A stretch of 63,678 bases of DNA, filler included, from Octopus bimaculoides (GCF_001194135.2; 8 parts of 8 records of this genome joined end to end with filler, not necessarily neighbours in it), one strand, 5' to 3'; shown: positions 38,697 through 51,905, counted from the whole stretch's first letter. Translations and numbers: made by a program. The notes: generated by a model not told the origin, from the letters alone.

Positions 38697-40293
38697 CGTC
38701 AATTCGATGAAGTTAGATCCACATTAGGGATTATATAATCTCAAAAATTCCAATGGTTAATCACTATCATATAATAGGAAAGATTATATGCTGTGCAAAA
38801 CTTTACCAACCACCGGAAAAATAATTGCCAACTCTGTACATCCGAACGCTATAATATTCTTTTTTCTAGTAAAAAATTATTAAACGAGAGGGTTGAAAAG
38901 TCCTCCCCATGCTTACACACTCCTGAACATCTATTTTATAAATATCCTTCATCATTCTGTAATTATTAACATCACTTATATTCAGGTCTAATATTAACCA
39001 TTAATAATTTACTAAATTTGAAATTGAATTAATTAGATCCTTATAAGAACCAGAAGTTATATCTATAATTTTATACAGTATATAAATATATAATAACTTG
39101 TCTAAATATGCTTATGTATAACATTAATTTCTAACATATGCATAACGTATATATTTTGGTTATATTCCGATGAATCATTCAATCTTATTCATTTCGTAAT
39201 ATATATTAATAACATTCCCTTACCTATAAATTTATTGCATATCCGATATTTATTTTTTATTTTTCCACAGTAAAGTAAATTATAATATAATTCATATTCG
39301 TTTGGTTATTTTTTAATTTAAATATCATACTCAGAGTACTTACTAAATAGTTCCAATATATTTTAGTAACCTAATGACCATAATACATAAATATAGATAA
39401 TTTGTTTCGCTTCATATTACGTAATACGCTATTCCTTCTTACAATCGAATAGTATCTAATTTACATATTTATATAGCTAATAATTAATAATTACAAACAT
39501 ATTTACTACATTATAACATATACCCAAATACATGCTCCCTTATAATCTATTAGTTTTTTTTTATTTCATTATATGATAGTTTTATGTTTTGTTTTCTACC
39601 GCCTCATTCAATTTTTTCCTTTTCTAACATATTAACTAAACAATTGTAAACATCAAGCACCCCAAAACATAAACCGAACAACTTATCTTTTCTAATAGTA
39701 TTTATTTATAAAAAACATATAACTTTTGGCAAAGAGTCTGTATATATAATTATAGCTATATATGTTGTGTTGATGTACGCATGTGGATCTGTTCATATGT
39801 GTATATATATACATGTATATATATATACATATATATATATGTATATATGAATATGTATATATATATAAATATAAATATATATATATAAATATAAATATAT
39901 ATATATAAATATAAATAAATAAATATATATATATATATATNNNNNNNNNNNNNNNNNNNNNNNNNNNNNNNNNNNNNNNNNNNNNNNNNNNNNNNNNNNN
40001 NNNNNNNNNNNNNNNNNNNNNNNNNNNNNNNNNNNNNNNNNNNNNNNNNNNNNNNNNNNNNNNNNNNNNNNNNNNNNNNNNNNNNNNNNNNNNNNNNNNN
40101 NNNNNNNNNNNNNNNNNNNNNNNNNNNNNNNNNNNNNNNNNNNNNNNNNNNNNNNNNNNNNNNNNNNNNNNNNNNNNNNNNNNNNNNNNNNNNNNNNNNN
40201 NNNNNNNNNNNNNNNNNNNNNNNNNNNNNNNNNNNNNNNNNNNNNNNNNNNNNNNNNNNNNNNNNNNNNNNNNNNNNNNNNNNNNNNNNNNNN

Positions 40294-40354
<61 letters not shown>

Positions 40355-41390
40355 CATATATACGATGGGTGTCTTTCAGTTTTCGTCTACCAAATCCACT
40401 CACAATAGAGATATTTTGTTCTTCATATATAACCGTTGCATATTTAAGTATTATTTTTCTTCTTTTTATTTAAATTTCATACTATATATATTTTATGTAT
40501 ATATATTTTTTCTTTAATGTTTATTTATTATTGATATTATTTTTATCATTCTTATCTTCTTTCCTTACCCTTATTATTTTAGGTTATTTTCATATTTTGT
40601 TTTTATTTTTATTCACTTTATTTATTTTGTACTAAAATGCATCTTCACTAATGTCCATAACTCACCACCTAGATACACTTACATTATATATAGGATCTAT
40701 CTTCTGAAACTTATTAATGTTCTATATGCATCCTTCAAAGTAAAATGTTAACCTTCGTTCTATATGCTCATAATAACCCCGAAGAAGTTCTGCCCCATAT
40801 AGTTAAAAATAATACCTTTCTTAGAATATAACCAAATGCTTAGAACTCTATATTAACTAGGGGCTAGAACTGAAACATTTTTCGCCTCTCCCATTTTCTG
40901 TTTGAGCTTTACAAATTATAATTTATTTGTATCGTTATGTTTTTAAAAATTTCAACTTCTTTATTTAACACAAATAAATTATTCATACATCCATCTTTTT
41001 CCATTTTCCTTCTTTCAATATATATATATATATATAAAATAGATATTTTTTTATTCTTATTTTTCATTTCTACTCTAGGCNNNNNNNNNNNNNNNNNNNN
41101 NNNNNNNNNNNNNNNNNNNNNNNNNNNNNNNNNNNNNNNNNNNNNNNNNNNNNNNNNNNNNNNNNNNNNNNNNNNNNNNNNNNNNNNNNNNNNNNNNNNN
41201 NNNNNNNNNNNNTGGTGCTTATTTCATCGATCCCGAAAGACTGAAAGGCAAAGTCGACCTCGGCAGAATTTGAACTCAGCGGCAGACGAAATACCGCTAA
41301 GCATTTCGCCCAGCCTGATGGTGATTCTGCCAGGTCCTGCCTTGTATGTATGTATATGTATATGTATATGAATATGTATATGTATGTATG

Positions 41391-41441
<51 letters not shown>

Positions 41442-42357
41442 CCTGCCCATTATGTTCCAGATGTCTTCAACAGGGTTCATATCTGGTGACTGGCTTGGCC
41501 AGGGAAAATTTGTAATGCCATTCTCATCCAACAAATCTTGGGTCATTTTAGCCGTGTGACAAGGAGCCCCATGTTCCATAAATAAAGATTCTTCTTTAAT
41601 CATTTCACAACTGGAGAAGATTAGGAGTCCTTTCTGCAATATGGACACATATTTATCTGAGTTTATGTTTCACTCACACTCCACCAGCTCTGATCAACCA
41701 TTGCTCAAAATTGCTCCCCATATCGTCATAGAATAGCTGCCGTACTTCATTGTTGGCTGCAATCTTTTTACATCAAATTCTTGATCACTGAGTCTCGAGA
41801 CCTACACTGACCACTGTCAGAAAATACAGCAAATGTGGACTCATCTCACTGGCATAATATTTTCTTTGTTTGATGTTGGTTAGTCGAAGAAGTGGCTTCC
41901 TTCTTGCTGCTCTGCCATAGTAACCAAGTTTGTGGAGACACCTGACAGCTGTTCTGGGACTGACATCAACTTGTTTTGCTATGTCAAGAGAATTATCCTC
42001 CACACTTCTCTTAGCGAAGCGAAGGGTCCGGCCAGAGGGCACTGGTTGATCTGGGCGAGGTGCTGTGGAGTCCTTCCGTCTCTGGAGAATTGCACAATCA
42101 CTCTATTAATTGTAGAAAGCGGGAGCCTAAGGTGTTCTGCGATTTTACGCTAACTATGTCCACCTTCAGAATGACCCATAATACGGCCTCTTTGAATTTC
42201 AGACAAATCTAAAGTTTCTTTTGCACATGGCACGATTAAAACAGTCACATATATAACCTGAAACATAAAAATGTCAATAAAAAATATAAACCATTACAGA
42301 TTAAAATAAACATAAAAAGATGTTTTATGGGGTGTATATTTACTTGTATCATGTCTG
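41442..42357 (-). mobile_element. Tc1-family transposon remnant, 3' end lost
   Basis: TA|CAGACATGATACAAGTAAATATACACCCC terminus. Frames: LSEIQRGRIMG..IAEHLRLPLSTINRVI; VSPRTAVRCLHKLGYYGRAARRKPLL; DESTF; MTIWGAI; FMEHGAPCHTAK; WPSQSPDMNPVEDIW (DD34E-type, second D appears as H). Confidence 0.92.
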
Positions 42358-43380
42358 TATNNNNNNNNNNNNNNNNNNNNNNNNNNNNNNNNNNNNNNNN
42401 NNNNNNNNNNNNNNNNNNNNNNNNNNNNNNNNNNNNNNNNNNNNNNNNNNNNNNNNNNNNNNNNNNNNNNNNNNNNNNNNNNNNNNNNNNNNNNNNNNNN
42501 NNNNNNNNNNNNNNNNNTATATATATATATATATATATGAGAGACAAGTTAAAATAATCGTTATTACATACAACTCCTTTGTTCAGTTTCCGTCTAGGAA
42601 ATCCGTTCACAAGGCTGTTGTAGGCCCGAGGGTAGAGTAAAAGACGTTTGTCCGAGGTGCTATGTAGTAGGACTGAACCCGGAACTATGTGGTTGGGAAG
42701 CAAGTTTCCTATCACACAACCACCATTCGTATGTGTGGATATACGTACTTGTGTTGCATAGCTACATTTTATATTGAGATGATGCCGTAGGGAGGTTACT
42801 TAGGCATCTTCAAGGGATGGCATACTATCATAAAAAGTTATGTACTTTAAACAGATAAATGCATATCCAATAATAAGGAAGCTAAAAGCAATAACAACAG
42901 AATCGCTAACAAGAACAATAATATGACTAACAAGAAGAAGCCTAATAACAACCACAGCAAAAATTTGGGGGCATGTAGAAACAAATCATTACGTATGTTA
43001 TTTATATTTTTTATTCAATTGATTTGTCATTAAAAAGAAAGAGAGAGAGAGGAATTATACTGAAGAAAGAGAGTAAGAAGTAGAGACAGGTGTAGGAGAA
43101 AATATGTATATAGAGAGTGGGGGAATGAGTGCCCGCAAAATGATGACAGTTACTTTGAATGGAATTCAGGCCCATAGGCAATTAATGCATTGCTTTAATG
43201 TGGGAAAATAAAGAAATATTGCAGTGGGAAGAATGTAAGAAATTTGTAACATATTTTCAATAGATAAACAAATATGTTGATTTAAAAAAAAAACAGGGTC
43301 CTAGGAAGAAAAAAAATAACACAAACTGCATATTATGAAGTTAATGGCGTACATCCGTCAATATTAACCACAAAATCATG

Positions 43381-43450
<70 letters not shown>

Positions 43451-43931
43451 AGAATGCATGTTACAAATACTTAAATAAAGCATGATAAAACCAATTAAGA
43501 ACTGAGATTTCAAGGCGATGTTACTGCGTGAGTCCCAATGCTTGGAATGTAAATTTCCAAGCGATATTTAATAATTTCTTTTAATGTTCTGAGGTTCAAT
43601 TTATTCTGAGCCCACTTTGGTTTTTAAAATTATCTGGAGTCGATAACATTTGCGTTTATCCCATCAAGAACTAGAGCCGATTTGGCAATCAAGCCTTCTC
43701 TAAAATTTAAGATCTACTGTCTATCTAAGAAATAATTAATTATTATCAATTAAAAATTGGATATTAATTAATATTAATTTAATAGCAGGGAACAAGCACA
43801 TTAAAAGAATCACTTGTCTAGCCCGTATGCGTTTTTGTTACTTCGCTAAATTACCTTTGAGAACAATTCGGTCTTAGTAGACACATCACATGTGATCTCC
43901 TAGCACATTAACAGTCCACCTAGTGGTCTCC

Positions 43932-43993
<62 letters not shown>

Positions 43994-44015
43994 CTACACA
44001 CACACACATATACAT

Positions 44016-44173
44016 AGGCGTGGGTATGTGGTAAGAAGCTTACTTCCCAACCACATGGCTCCGGTTTCAGTCCCACTATGTGGCACCAAGAGCAAGTGTC
44101 TTCTGTTATAGCATCGGACCGAGCAAAGCTTTGTGAGAGGATATCGTAAAGAGAAACTGAAAGAAGCCCGTCG

Positions 44174-44227
<54 letters not shown>

Positions 44228-44420
44228 TTTGACTATGTTTGTGTGATTATTATTGTCCCTCACCATCGCTTGATAACCGATGTTGGTGTGTTTATGTCCC
44301 GGTAACTTACCATAAAATAAGTACTAGGCTTACAAAGAATAAGTCCTAGGATTGATTTGCTCGACTAAAGGCGGTGCTCTAGCATGGCCACAGTCAAAAG
44401 ACTGAAACAAGTAAAAGAAA
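44016..44420 (+). mobile_element. Full-length SINE, same family as 24636-25066
   Basis: Same head, body and tail. Partial copies at 27625-27715(+), 42575-42725(-), 46931-47083(-), 48356-48512(+), 48740-48940(+), 49464-49600(+), 49800-49938(+), 56905-57010(+) and 57030-57307(-). Confidence 0.85.
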
Positions 44421-44849
44421 AAGAATATGTGTGTGTGTGTGTGTTTGTACGTACAACCATGTAAATCATACGCATATACGCCTAGACATATATACACATA
44501 GACTCACGGGCAGAAGTACAAACAGACTGACGGACGCATAGATAGATACACAGATAGACAGACAGATATCGGTCTTGCTGTGTTTCTCTCTGTCTACACG
44601 TCCATCTGTGTTTCTATTCTTCTGTCTACGTGCATAGATATCTGCCTACCTAATTACCCACCTACTTTCCTACCTACTTAGTGCCAGCATATCTACCTGC
44701 CTTCGTACCTACCTCCTCACTTGTACGTTTGATTGTCTGTGTATGAATGCATATGTATGTAAGTATGTATATATCTATGTAAGTATGTGTCTATATATAT
44801 ATACGTATGCATGTATCTATTTGTTTTCCCCCTCTATCCACGATCTCTT

Positions 44850-44970
44850 TTGATCGAAATTCTCACTCCCCACTTTTTTTTTCTTCTCTTCCCAAGAAGA
44901 AAAGCTCTGCTTTGTATTTTGTCCCCTCTGTATTCAGCCCTGTGCGGCAAATAAAGAAACATATCTATCT
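44850..44970 (+). mobile_element. LINE-like 3' tail, copy 1
   Basis: TTTGTATTTTGTCCCCTCTGTATTCAGCCCTGTGCGGCAAATAAAGAAACA followed by (TATC)n. Confidence 0.55.
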
Positions 44971-44997
44971 ATCAAGCTCGTCGCCTGACTGTCCTGA

Positions 44998-45032
<35 letters not shown>

Positions 45033-45149
45033 GTATGTATGTATGTATGTATGTATGTATGTATGTATGTATGAATGTATTTATCTATCTATCTATGTCT
45101 ATCTGTGTCTAACTAGCTGTCTATCTACCTATTTATGTATCTACCAATC

Positions 45150-45469
45150 TATTGTAAACAGAGAGTTACTCACGTTTCTTGCTTAAATAAAAGAAATTTT
45201 ATTTAACAAACTGTAACGCTAAAGACCGAGGTTACCGTGGTCTTTTCGTAGGTTTTTCTTTCCACGGATAACCTCCCCATTTATTGGGAATTTTTTGTAT
45301 TATTTCGTATTTTTTGTAAATACCCCAAACGTTTTGCGATGTTTTTTTTCATCGTTGTCCCCACTTTTGCTTTTTTTTTCTGCTTTGTTTTCGACCCCCT
45401 CGAAAAGAAAAACTCTACATTTGTATTTTGTCCCCTCTGTGTTGAGCCCTGTGTGGCTAATAAAGAAAC

Positions 45470-45475
<6 letters not shown>
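45150..45475 (+). mobile_element. LINE-like 3' end, copy 2, with 3'-UTR hairpin
   Basis: Hairpin GAGGTTACCGTGG..CCACGGATAACCTC; ends TTTGTATTTTGTCCCCTCTGTGTTGAGCCCTGTGTGGCTAATAAAGAAACC followed by (TATC)n. Confidence 0.55.
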
Positions 45476-45525
<50 letters not shown>

Positions 45526-45585
45526 TTATCTGTCTGTCTGTCAGCCTGTCTCTCTGTCTATCCATCCATCCATTTCTCCGTTTAC

Positions 45586-45647
<62 letters not shown>

Positions 45648-45648
45648 G

Positions 45649-45681
<33 letters not shown>

Positions 45682-45692
45682 ATATCTATCTA

Positions 45693-45752
<60 letters not shown>

Positions 45753-45825
45753 CCTGTCTGCCTGCCTACCTACCTACCTACCTACCTACCTACCTACCTA
45801 CCTACCTACCTACCTACCTACCTAC
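45470..45825. repeat. Compound microsatellite (TATC)n/(TGTC)n/(TACC)n
   Basis: Read directly from the sequence. Confidence 0.95.
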
Positions 45826-46222
45826 ACGCTCTTATATAATTTCTCTAATATCTTCTTTCTCCTCTATGTCGCATCATAACGAAAATTAATGCAACTCTAC
45901 ATTCCTTAAGAATGTCACCCAACTGTCATCTTTTGATAGGTACTTCCACTGCTTCTCTCAACGAAACTTCAAAATTGATTCCCATCACCACAAATCGCTA
46001 ATGTCTGCATAATACTTTAGAACTACTAGTCAGCTTTTTAACATTCTTTTGGTTCCAGATTACTTTATCCATCCATACAAGCTTAGCTAGAAGGAGATTA
46101 TAAGGAATCGCATCCAAGCCATCATTTTTATTACTGTTATATTATTGCTTAACGGGAGTTTCTGTATTTTATCGCTCCACATGTCTGTTTTATTTGTTAT
46201 CGGACTTACCTATTTAAACCAT

Positions 46223-46274
<52 letters not shown>

Positions 46275-46561
46275 TGTTTCGTCAGTTAGACTGGTCTCTC
46301 TTTTTGCGAAAGTAACCAGCCGTAAGATGTAATCCAGTTGTTCTTTAATCGTCTCGTTTGTAGTTTTTTTTTGTTTTTCCACGATTAATATGCATTGTAG
46401 ACACACACACATACATACATTCACTTCACTTTACACACATATGTATGCATATAACTATATANNNNNNNNNNNNNNNNNNNNNNNNNNNNNNNNNNNNNNN
46501 NNNNNTTAATTAATTAANNNNNNNNNNNNNNNNNNNNNNNNNNNNNNNNNNNNNNNNNNNN

Positions 46562-46622
<61 letters not shown>

Positions 46623-46625
<3 letters not shown>

Positions 46626-46910
46626 CTTAGTGGTTAAGGTATTGCACTCATGATTGCAGGATCACAGGTCCGATTCTCAGACCAGGCATTGCTTTGTGTT
46701 CTTGAGCAAAGCACTTCATTTTACGTTGCACTGCGATCATTTTGACATCTGACATGTGGCACCTGTTGCACCTGTACAGGTAATGTTGATCTAATGGAGG
46801 GATTGAGCTTATGTCCACACAATCATTTGATTACTATAAACAAATCATGCATGTAGTTGTTCAGCAAGAAACTGTCGAACCCTCATACGTCATCTAACAA
46901 CAGGAGAGTC
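46623..46910 (+). mobile_element. tRNA-derived SINE (diverged)
   Basis: GGCTTAGTGGTTAAGG A box, degenerate B box, GTGTTCTTGAGCAAAGCACTTCATTTTACG body. Confidence 0.7.
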
Positions 46911-47111
46911 CATTATACACACACACATATAACAGGCTTCTTTCAGTTTCTGTCTACCAAATCCACTCACAAGGTTTTGGTCAGCCCATGGCTATAGTAG
47001 AAGACACTTGCCCAAGGTGCCATGCAGTAGGACCGAACCCAAAACCATGCGGTCGGGAAACGAACTTAACCACACAGCCACACCAGGGAAATACTGTAAC
47101 AAAAAGTTCAA

Positions 47112-47331
47112 CCCTTTCGTTACCAACCTGGCTGAAACCGGTTCTGGCTCTGAGTACAAATGTTTTGTTTTCATAAGTTTTGAATTAAAATCTTCCACCA
47201 AACTTCAATCACAAGTTACGTTTCTAACACTAGCTTAATGATAACTAAGTTATATTATTAAATTCTGCGTTATATTTAAAGTAATTGAAAGAAACACAGA
47301 GCATCTCAAAATAAATACAGTAACGAAAGGG
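47112..47331. mobile_element. piggyBac-derived MITE
   Basis: TCAA|CCCTTTCGTTAC...GTAACGAAAGGG|TTAA; perfect 12-bp TIR, 220 bp. A diverged relative lies in opposite orientation at about 18675-18885. Confidence 0.85.
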
Positions 47332-47486
47332 TTAAAGTAGCAACATGTAGTTTAAGAAAAACTTGACTGAAATTTCAAAGACATGGAATGACGATACAGT
47401 GATTCCTTCACTCTCTAATGTGGTGTTTGTTCAGCTCCATAGATTTAACTTAACTGAAATAACTGAAGATCATCATAAGAACTTAC

Positions 47487-47574
47487 TGTAATAAATTGAG
47501 TCTTTGAAAACATGATGTGATTCCGTATCTCGACCATGTTGTCCTCAAGAATCTTTCTCCGTTTTTTAATAGAA
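47487..47574 (-). CDS. LIG3: DNA ligase III coding exon 8 of 8 visible
   Basis: cag|T TCT...ACA|gtaag; 88 nt, phase 2-0; SIKKRRKILEDNMVEIRNHIMFSKTQFIT, similar to LIG3 PLCERRKFLHDNMVEIPNRIMFSEMKRVT. Confidence 0.92.
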
Positions 47575-47896
47575 CTGAAAGTAATAACGTCAGAATTAGA
47601 TTGCAAAATGGAACGCTTTGCAGCTGCAACACCTTCCTGTTTTGTTATTGTGCATCTGATCCTACATTAGAGGGTGTGCAGCTAAGTAGTTTCAAAGTTT
47701 TCTGGGGGTAGGGGGTAAATGTTTGGGTAAGGAGTTCAAAGCAAATATGTTGAAGGTTAATTGGAGAGACTGCTGTGTCAAGCGAGCTCGGGTGGAAAAG
47801 GGGATACATGTAGCTGGCTAGTTGAGAGGAATAGAAACCAAATAGTAGTAGTAGTAGGAGGAGGAGGAGGAGGAGAAGGAGGAGGTTAATACTTAC

Positions 47897-47976
47897 AGCT
47901 CCATCAGGTTCTCATTATTCAGATGTAGACAGTCAAAGACAAACAGACAAACATTTGCGTCCTTGAATGCTGCTTT
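47897..47976 (-). CDS. LIG3: DNA ligase III coding exon 7 of 8 visible (motif IIIa)
   Basis: cag|AAA...CT|gtaag; 80 nt, phase 0-2; KAAFKDANVCLFVFDCLHLNNENLME(L). Confidence 0.95.
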
Positions 47977-48136
47977 CTGTGAGAGGGGACAGAAACATAA
48001 AAATAAAAAAATAAAAGATGGTTGAGATATAGTCATATACACGAATGTCATAGCTGCCTGGTTGGCAGCATCAAGTACTGGCCAAATAATTGCCTGGCCT
48101 TGGGCTAAAATTTGAAACCAATATTGTTTTGCTTAC

Positions 48137-48268
48137 CTTATGTATTCCAAGAGTTCCGAATGGCAGCGGGGTACTGGTGGCATTGTCAATCAGAAGAACC
48201 TCAGCATCTAGTATCAAATTATTGCCTCCTGGGAAAGCTTTTGGTATATAATCCTTGAAGTGAGACAC
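48137..48268 (-). CDS. LIG3: DNA ligase III coding exon 6 of 8 visible (motif III)
   Basis: aag|GTG...AAG|gtaag; 132 nt, phase 0-0; VSHFKDYIPKAFPGGNNLILDAEVLLIDNATSTPLPFGTLGIHK. Confidence 0.96.
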
Positions 48269-49245
48269 CTTTCGCAAAACACAGACAAATAATTATCATG
48301 GCGAATATTTTGTTTGGGTTTGGATGGGAAGTAATTGTTCATTAAATAGATGAACGCAGGTATGGCTGTGTAGTTAAGAAGCTCGTTTCCTTATCATGTG
48401 GTTTCAGGTTCAATCCCATTGCATGGCATTGTGGTTAATTCTCTTCTACTATAACCCCAGGCTGACTACAACCAAGTGAGTGAATTTGGTCCACAGAAAC
48501 TGTATGGAAGCCCATCATATATGCCATCATCATCATTTAACATCCGTTGGATACCTTCACAGGAACTGGCAAAGCCAGGGCTACACAAGAGTTCCATAGT
48601 CTATTTTGGCATGGTTCCTAAGGGTGGATACCCTTCTTAATGCCAGCCACTTTACAAGGTGTACAGGGTGCTTGCTACGTGGCACCAGCAGCCACACCAA
48701 TGCTTTTTATGTGGCAACTTGGGTTTAGGATTTCGTGTGTGTGTCTTTTGTGTTAATCCCCTACACCACTCGTCAATCAGTGTTGGTTTGTTTACATCCC
48801 TATAACTTAGCAGTTTGGCAAAAGAAGCCAACCGAATATGAAGTACTGGGGAGGGGGGGATTTGTTTGAGTAAACCATGCAATACTTTGCCCCAACATGG
48901 CCACAGTCCAATGATTGAAAGAAGTAAAGAATAAAAGACGTGTTCTTTTACTCTTTAATTTGGTTTCAATCATGTACTCCAGCTAGGCCGGGACACCATT
49001 GTTTAGGATTCAAGCCAATTATATCAACCAAATTTTTTTTAATGATTTAAGTTACACCAGAGTTATGGACCTTTAGCGAGTTACCTCCCTTCTACAGAAT
49101 TATATACGATAATGAGTTTTACACCGTTTTACACTGGGAAACATAAAAACAGATACACACACACACATTGACATCATCATTGTATTCATCTAACCCGTAC
49201 TGACATGGCAAACCAGACATAAAATGAACAAATGAATGAACTTAC

Positions 49246-49401
49246 TTTGTGTGGTTGGACTGGTTTTAAAGAACGACTGAAATAACGGAATTCAGAACCA
49301 TCTTTATGAACTTGAACTCGTTCCCCATCATATTTGATTTCTGCATAAAATCCACCAGGACATTTCCTCATGGCCATCTCAACAGAGCGACACGGCTCAG
49401 C
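49246..49401 (-). CDS. LIG3: DNA ligase III coding exon 5 of 8 visible, with ATP-dependent ligase motif I (adenylated Lys codon at 49333-49335)
   Basis: cag|GCT...AAA|gtaag; 156 nt, phase 0-0; AEPCRSVEMAMRKCPGGFYAEIKYDGERVQVHKDGSEFRYFSRSLKPVQPHK; KxDGxR motif in a LIG3-specific context. Confidence 0.97.
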
Positions 49402-50811
49402 CTGTATAACAAACATAGAAAATAAATAAATAAAGGAAAAAGGGTACAACACAAGAATTGATTGTAAGGAGCACAGGTTCCCTTCCCAACCATGAGTTTT
49501 TGAGTTCAGTCTCACTACCTTAGGCAAGTGTCTTCTATAGTTCCCTGTCCAACCAAAACCTTGTAAGTGGATTTAACAGATAGAAACTTAAAGAAGCCTG
49601 TGGTGTGTATCTGTGTGTCTGTGCATATATAGATACATACATACATACATACATACTCATAATACATCACTTTAACATGATATTTCTACCTATTAAACAG
49701 GTATGATATCCCAGTTTTAGTGTTTTTTGCTACCCTGGTAACTATTAACATATTTAGATTATCGAAGTTTTTTCAACTGAGATAATATTAATATATACAT
49801 AGCGGCTCGGCAAAAGAGACCAATAGAATAAGTACTAGGCTTCCAAAGAATAAGTCCTGGGGTCGATTTGCTCGACTAAAGGCGGTGCTCCAGCATGGCC
49901 ACAGTCAAAAGACTGAAACAAGTAAAAGAGTAAAAGAGTATATATATAGATGCAGATCATGGTGAGAGGGATAACTTCCCTTGGCAAACAGGACACAGTC
50001 GTNNNNNNNNNNNNNNNNNNNNNNNNNNNNNNNNNNNNNNNNNNNNNNNNNNNNNNNNNNNNNNNNNNNNNNNNNNNNNNNNNNNNNNNNNNNNNNNNNN
50101 NNNNNNNNNNNNNNNNNNNNNNNNNNNNNNNNNNNNNNNNNNNNNNNNNNNNNNNNNNNNNNNNNNNNNNNNNNNNNNNNNNNNNNNNNNNNNNNNNNNN
50201 NNNNNNNNNNNNNNNNNNNNNNNNNNNNNNNNNNNNNNNNNNNNNNNNNNNNNNNNNNNNNNNNNNNNNNNNNNNNNNNNNNNNNNNNNNNNNNNNNNNN
50301 NNNNNNNNNNNNNNNNNNNNNNNNNNNNNNNNNNNNNNNNNNNNNNNNNNNNNNNNNNNNNNNNNNNNNNNNNNNNNNNNNNNNNNNNNNNNNNNNNNNN
50401 NNNNNNNNNNNNNNNNNNNNNNNNNNNNNNNNNNNNNNNNNNNNNNNNNNNNNNNNNNNNNNNNNNNNNNNNNNNNNNNNNNNNNNNNNNNNNNNNNNNN
50501 NNNNNNNNNNNNNNNNNNNNNNNNNNNNNNNNNNNNNNNNNNNNNNNNNNNNNNNNNNNNNNNNNNNNNNNNNNNNNNNNNNNNNNNNNNNNNNNNNNNN
50601 NNNNNNNNNNNNNNNNNNNNNNNNNNNNNNNNNNNNNNNNNNNNNNNNNNNNNNNNNNNNNNNNNNNNNNNNNNNNNNNNNNNNNNTATATATATATATA
50701 TATATATATATATGGGTTCAAAAAAACACAAAAAACAATAACAAAAAAACAACAAAGTGAGGACGTGATACGGATAGTGTTATTGGACGCTCGGGAAAGG
50801 AAAGAGAGAGA

Positions 50812-50846
50812 GTATGACGTTTCGGGCGGAGCCCTTCGTCGGAAAG
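50812..50846 (-). ncRNA. Minimal hammerhead-like motif (U4C variant) in a LIG3 intron, sense orientation
   Basis: Minus strand: CTTT-CCGACGA-A-GGGC-TCC-GCCC-GAAA-CG-TC^ATAC. Perfect 4-bp GC stem II, ACGT palindrome; stem I only 2 of 3 pairs. Confidence 0.5.
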
Positions 50847-51200
50847 ACGGAAAGTTCAAAGAATGGAAAAACGGAGGTAGAGAAAATCGGCACCGACATA
50901 TATATACACACACACACACACACACATATATACATACATATATATACATAAAGATACATATATATATATATACACACACATATATATGTATACATACATA
51001 TATATATACATACACATATATACACACATATATATACACATATACACACACATATACACACACATATACACATGTATATAGATACATATACACACATATA
51101 CACACACACACATATATATATCACATGATCAACCAGACTATCAGATGTTGTTATACATCAGTGGTGACAAAGATACTGTGAAGAAGAGCAAAAGACTTAC

Positions 51201-51363
51201 CAACATGGGCAAAACTGGCGTCATTAGAGATGCCCGTACGCTTAATTTTTTCTCCAGTCCCAATTTGTTTTCACGTCGGTTTTGGAGCACCCGGTCAACA
51301 ACATCTTGGAGACTGCGAGAAGCTTGAAATGCAGCATAAGCATTGGGGTCAAGGCCATCAAGG
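51201..51363 (-). CDS. LIG3: DNA ligase III coding exon 4 of 8 visible
   Basis: cag|C CTT...TTG|gtaag; 163 nt, phase 2-0; LDGLDPNAYAAFQASRSLQDVVDRVLQNRRENKLGLEKKLSVRASLMTPVLPML. Confidence 0.95.
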
Positions 51364-51868
51364 CTGGAAAATATATAAGGAAACAGTCAGTACATAGAAA
51401 TGACAGAGAGATCACGAAAGCATAGATGTCATAAACAGGGAGCTCAGTCTGTCACAGATAATAGACAGAGATAAGCATTACATTATCACCATCATCCCCT
51501 TATCTATGATGGCATAGATCAGGCAGAATTCATTAAGACAGGTTTTCTATTGTTGGATGCCCTCTCTGTCATCAACCATCACCTGTTTTTGAAGCAAGGT
51601 AATATTTCTTCATGGCCAGACATGGTCTCAAAGTATATTAGAAATGAATGACATCATTTGTTTGACACTAACAATTGTTTACAATTACCACACAATGTGA
51701 ACTTGAGGAAGCATAAACAGCATATACACATACAATCAATCAATCACTCACACACACACACACACACACAGCATTATAATAGAAGACACTTCACTAAGGT
51801 GTCATGCAGTGGGATTGGTTAGAGAGTATCAGTATCATGTAGATATCATAAACAGAAGGAACAGTCAT

Positions 51869-51905
<37 letters not shown>

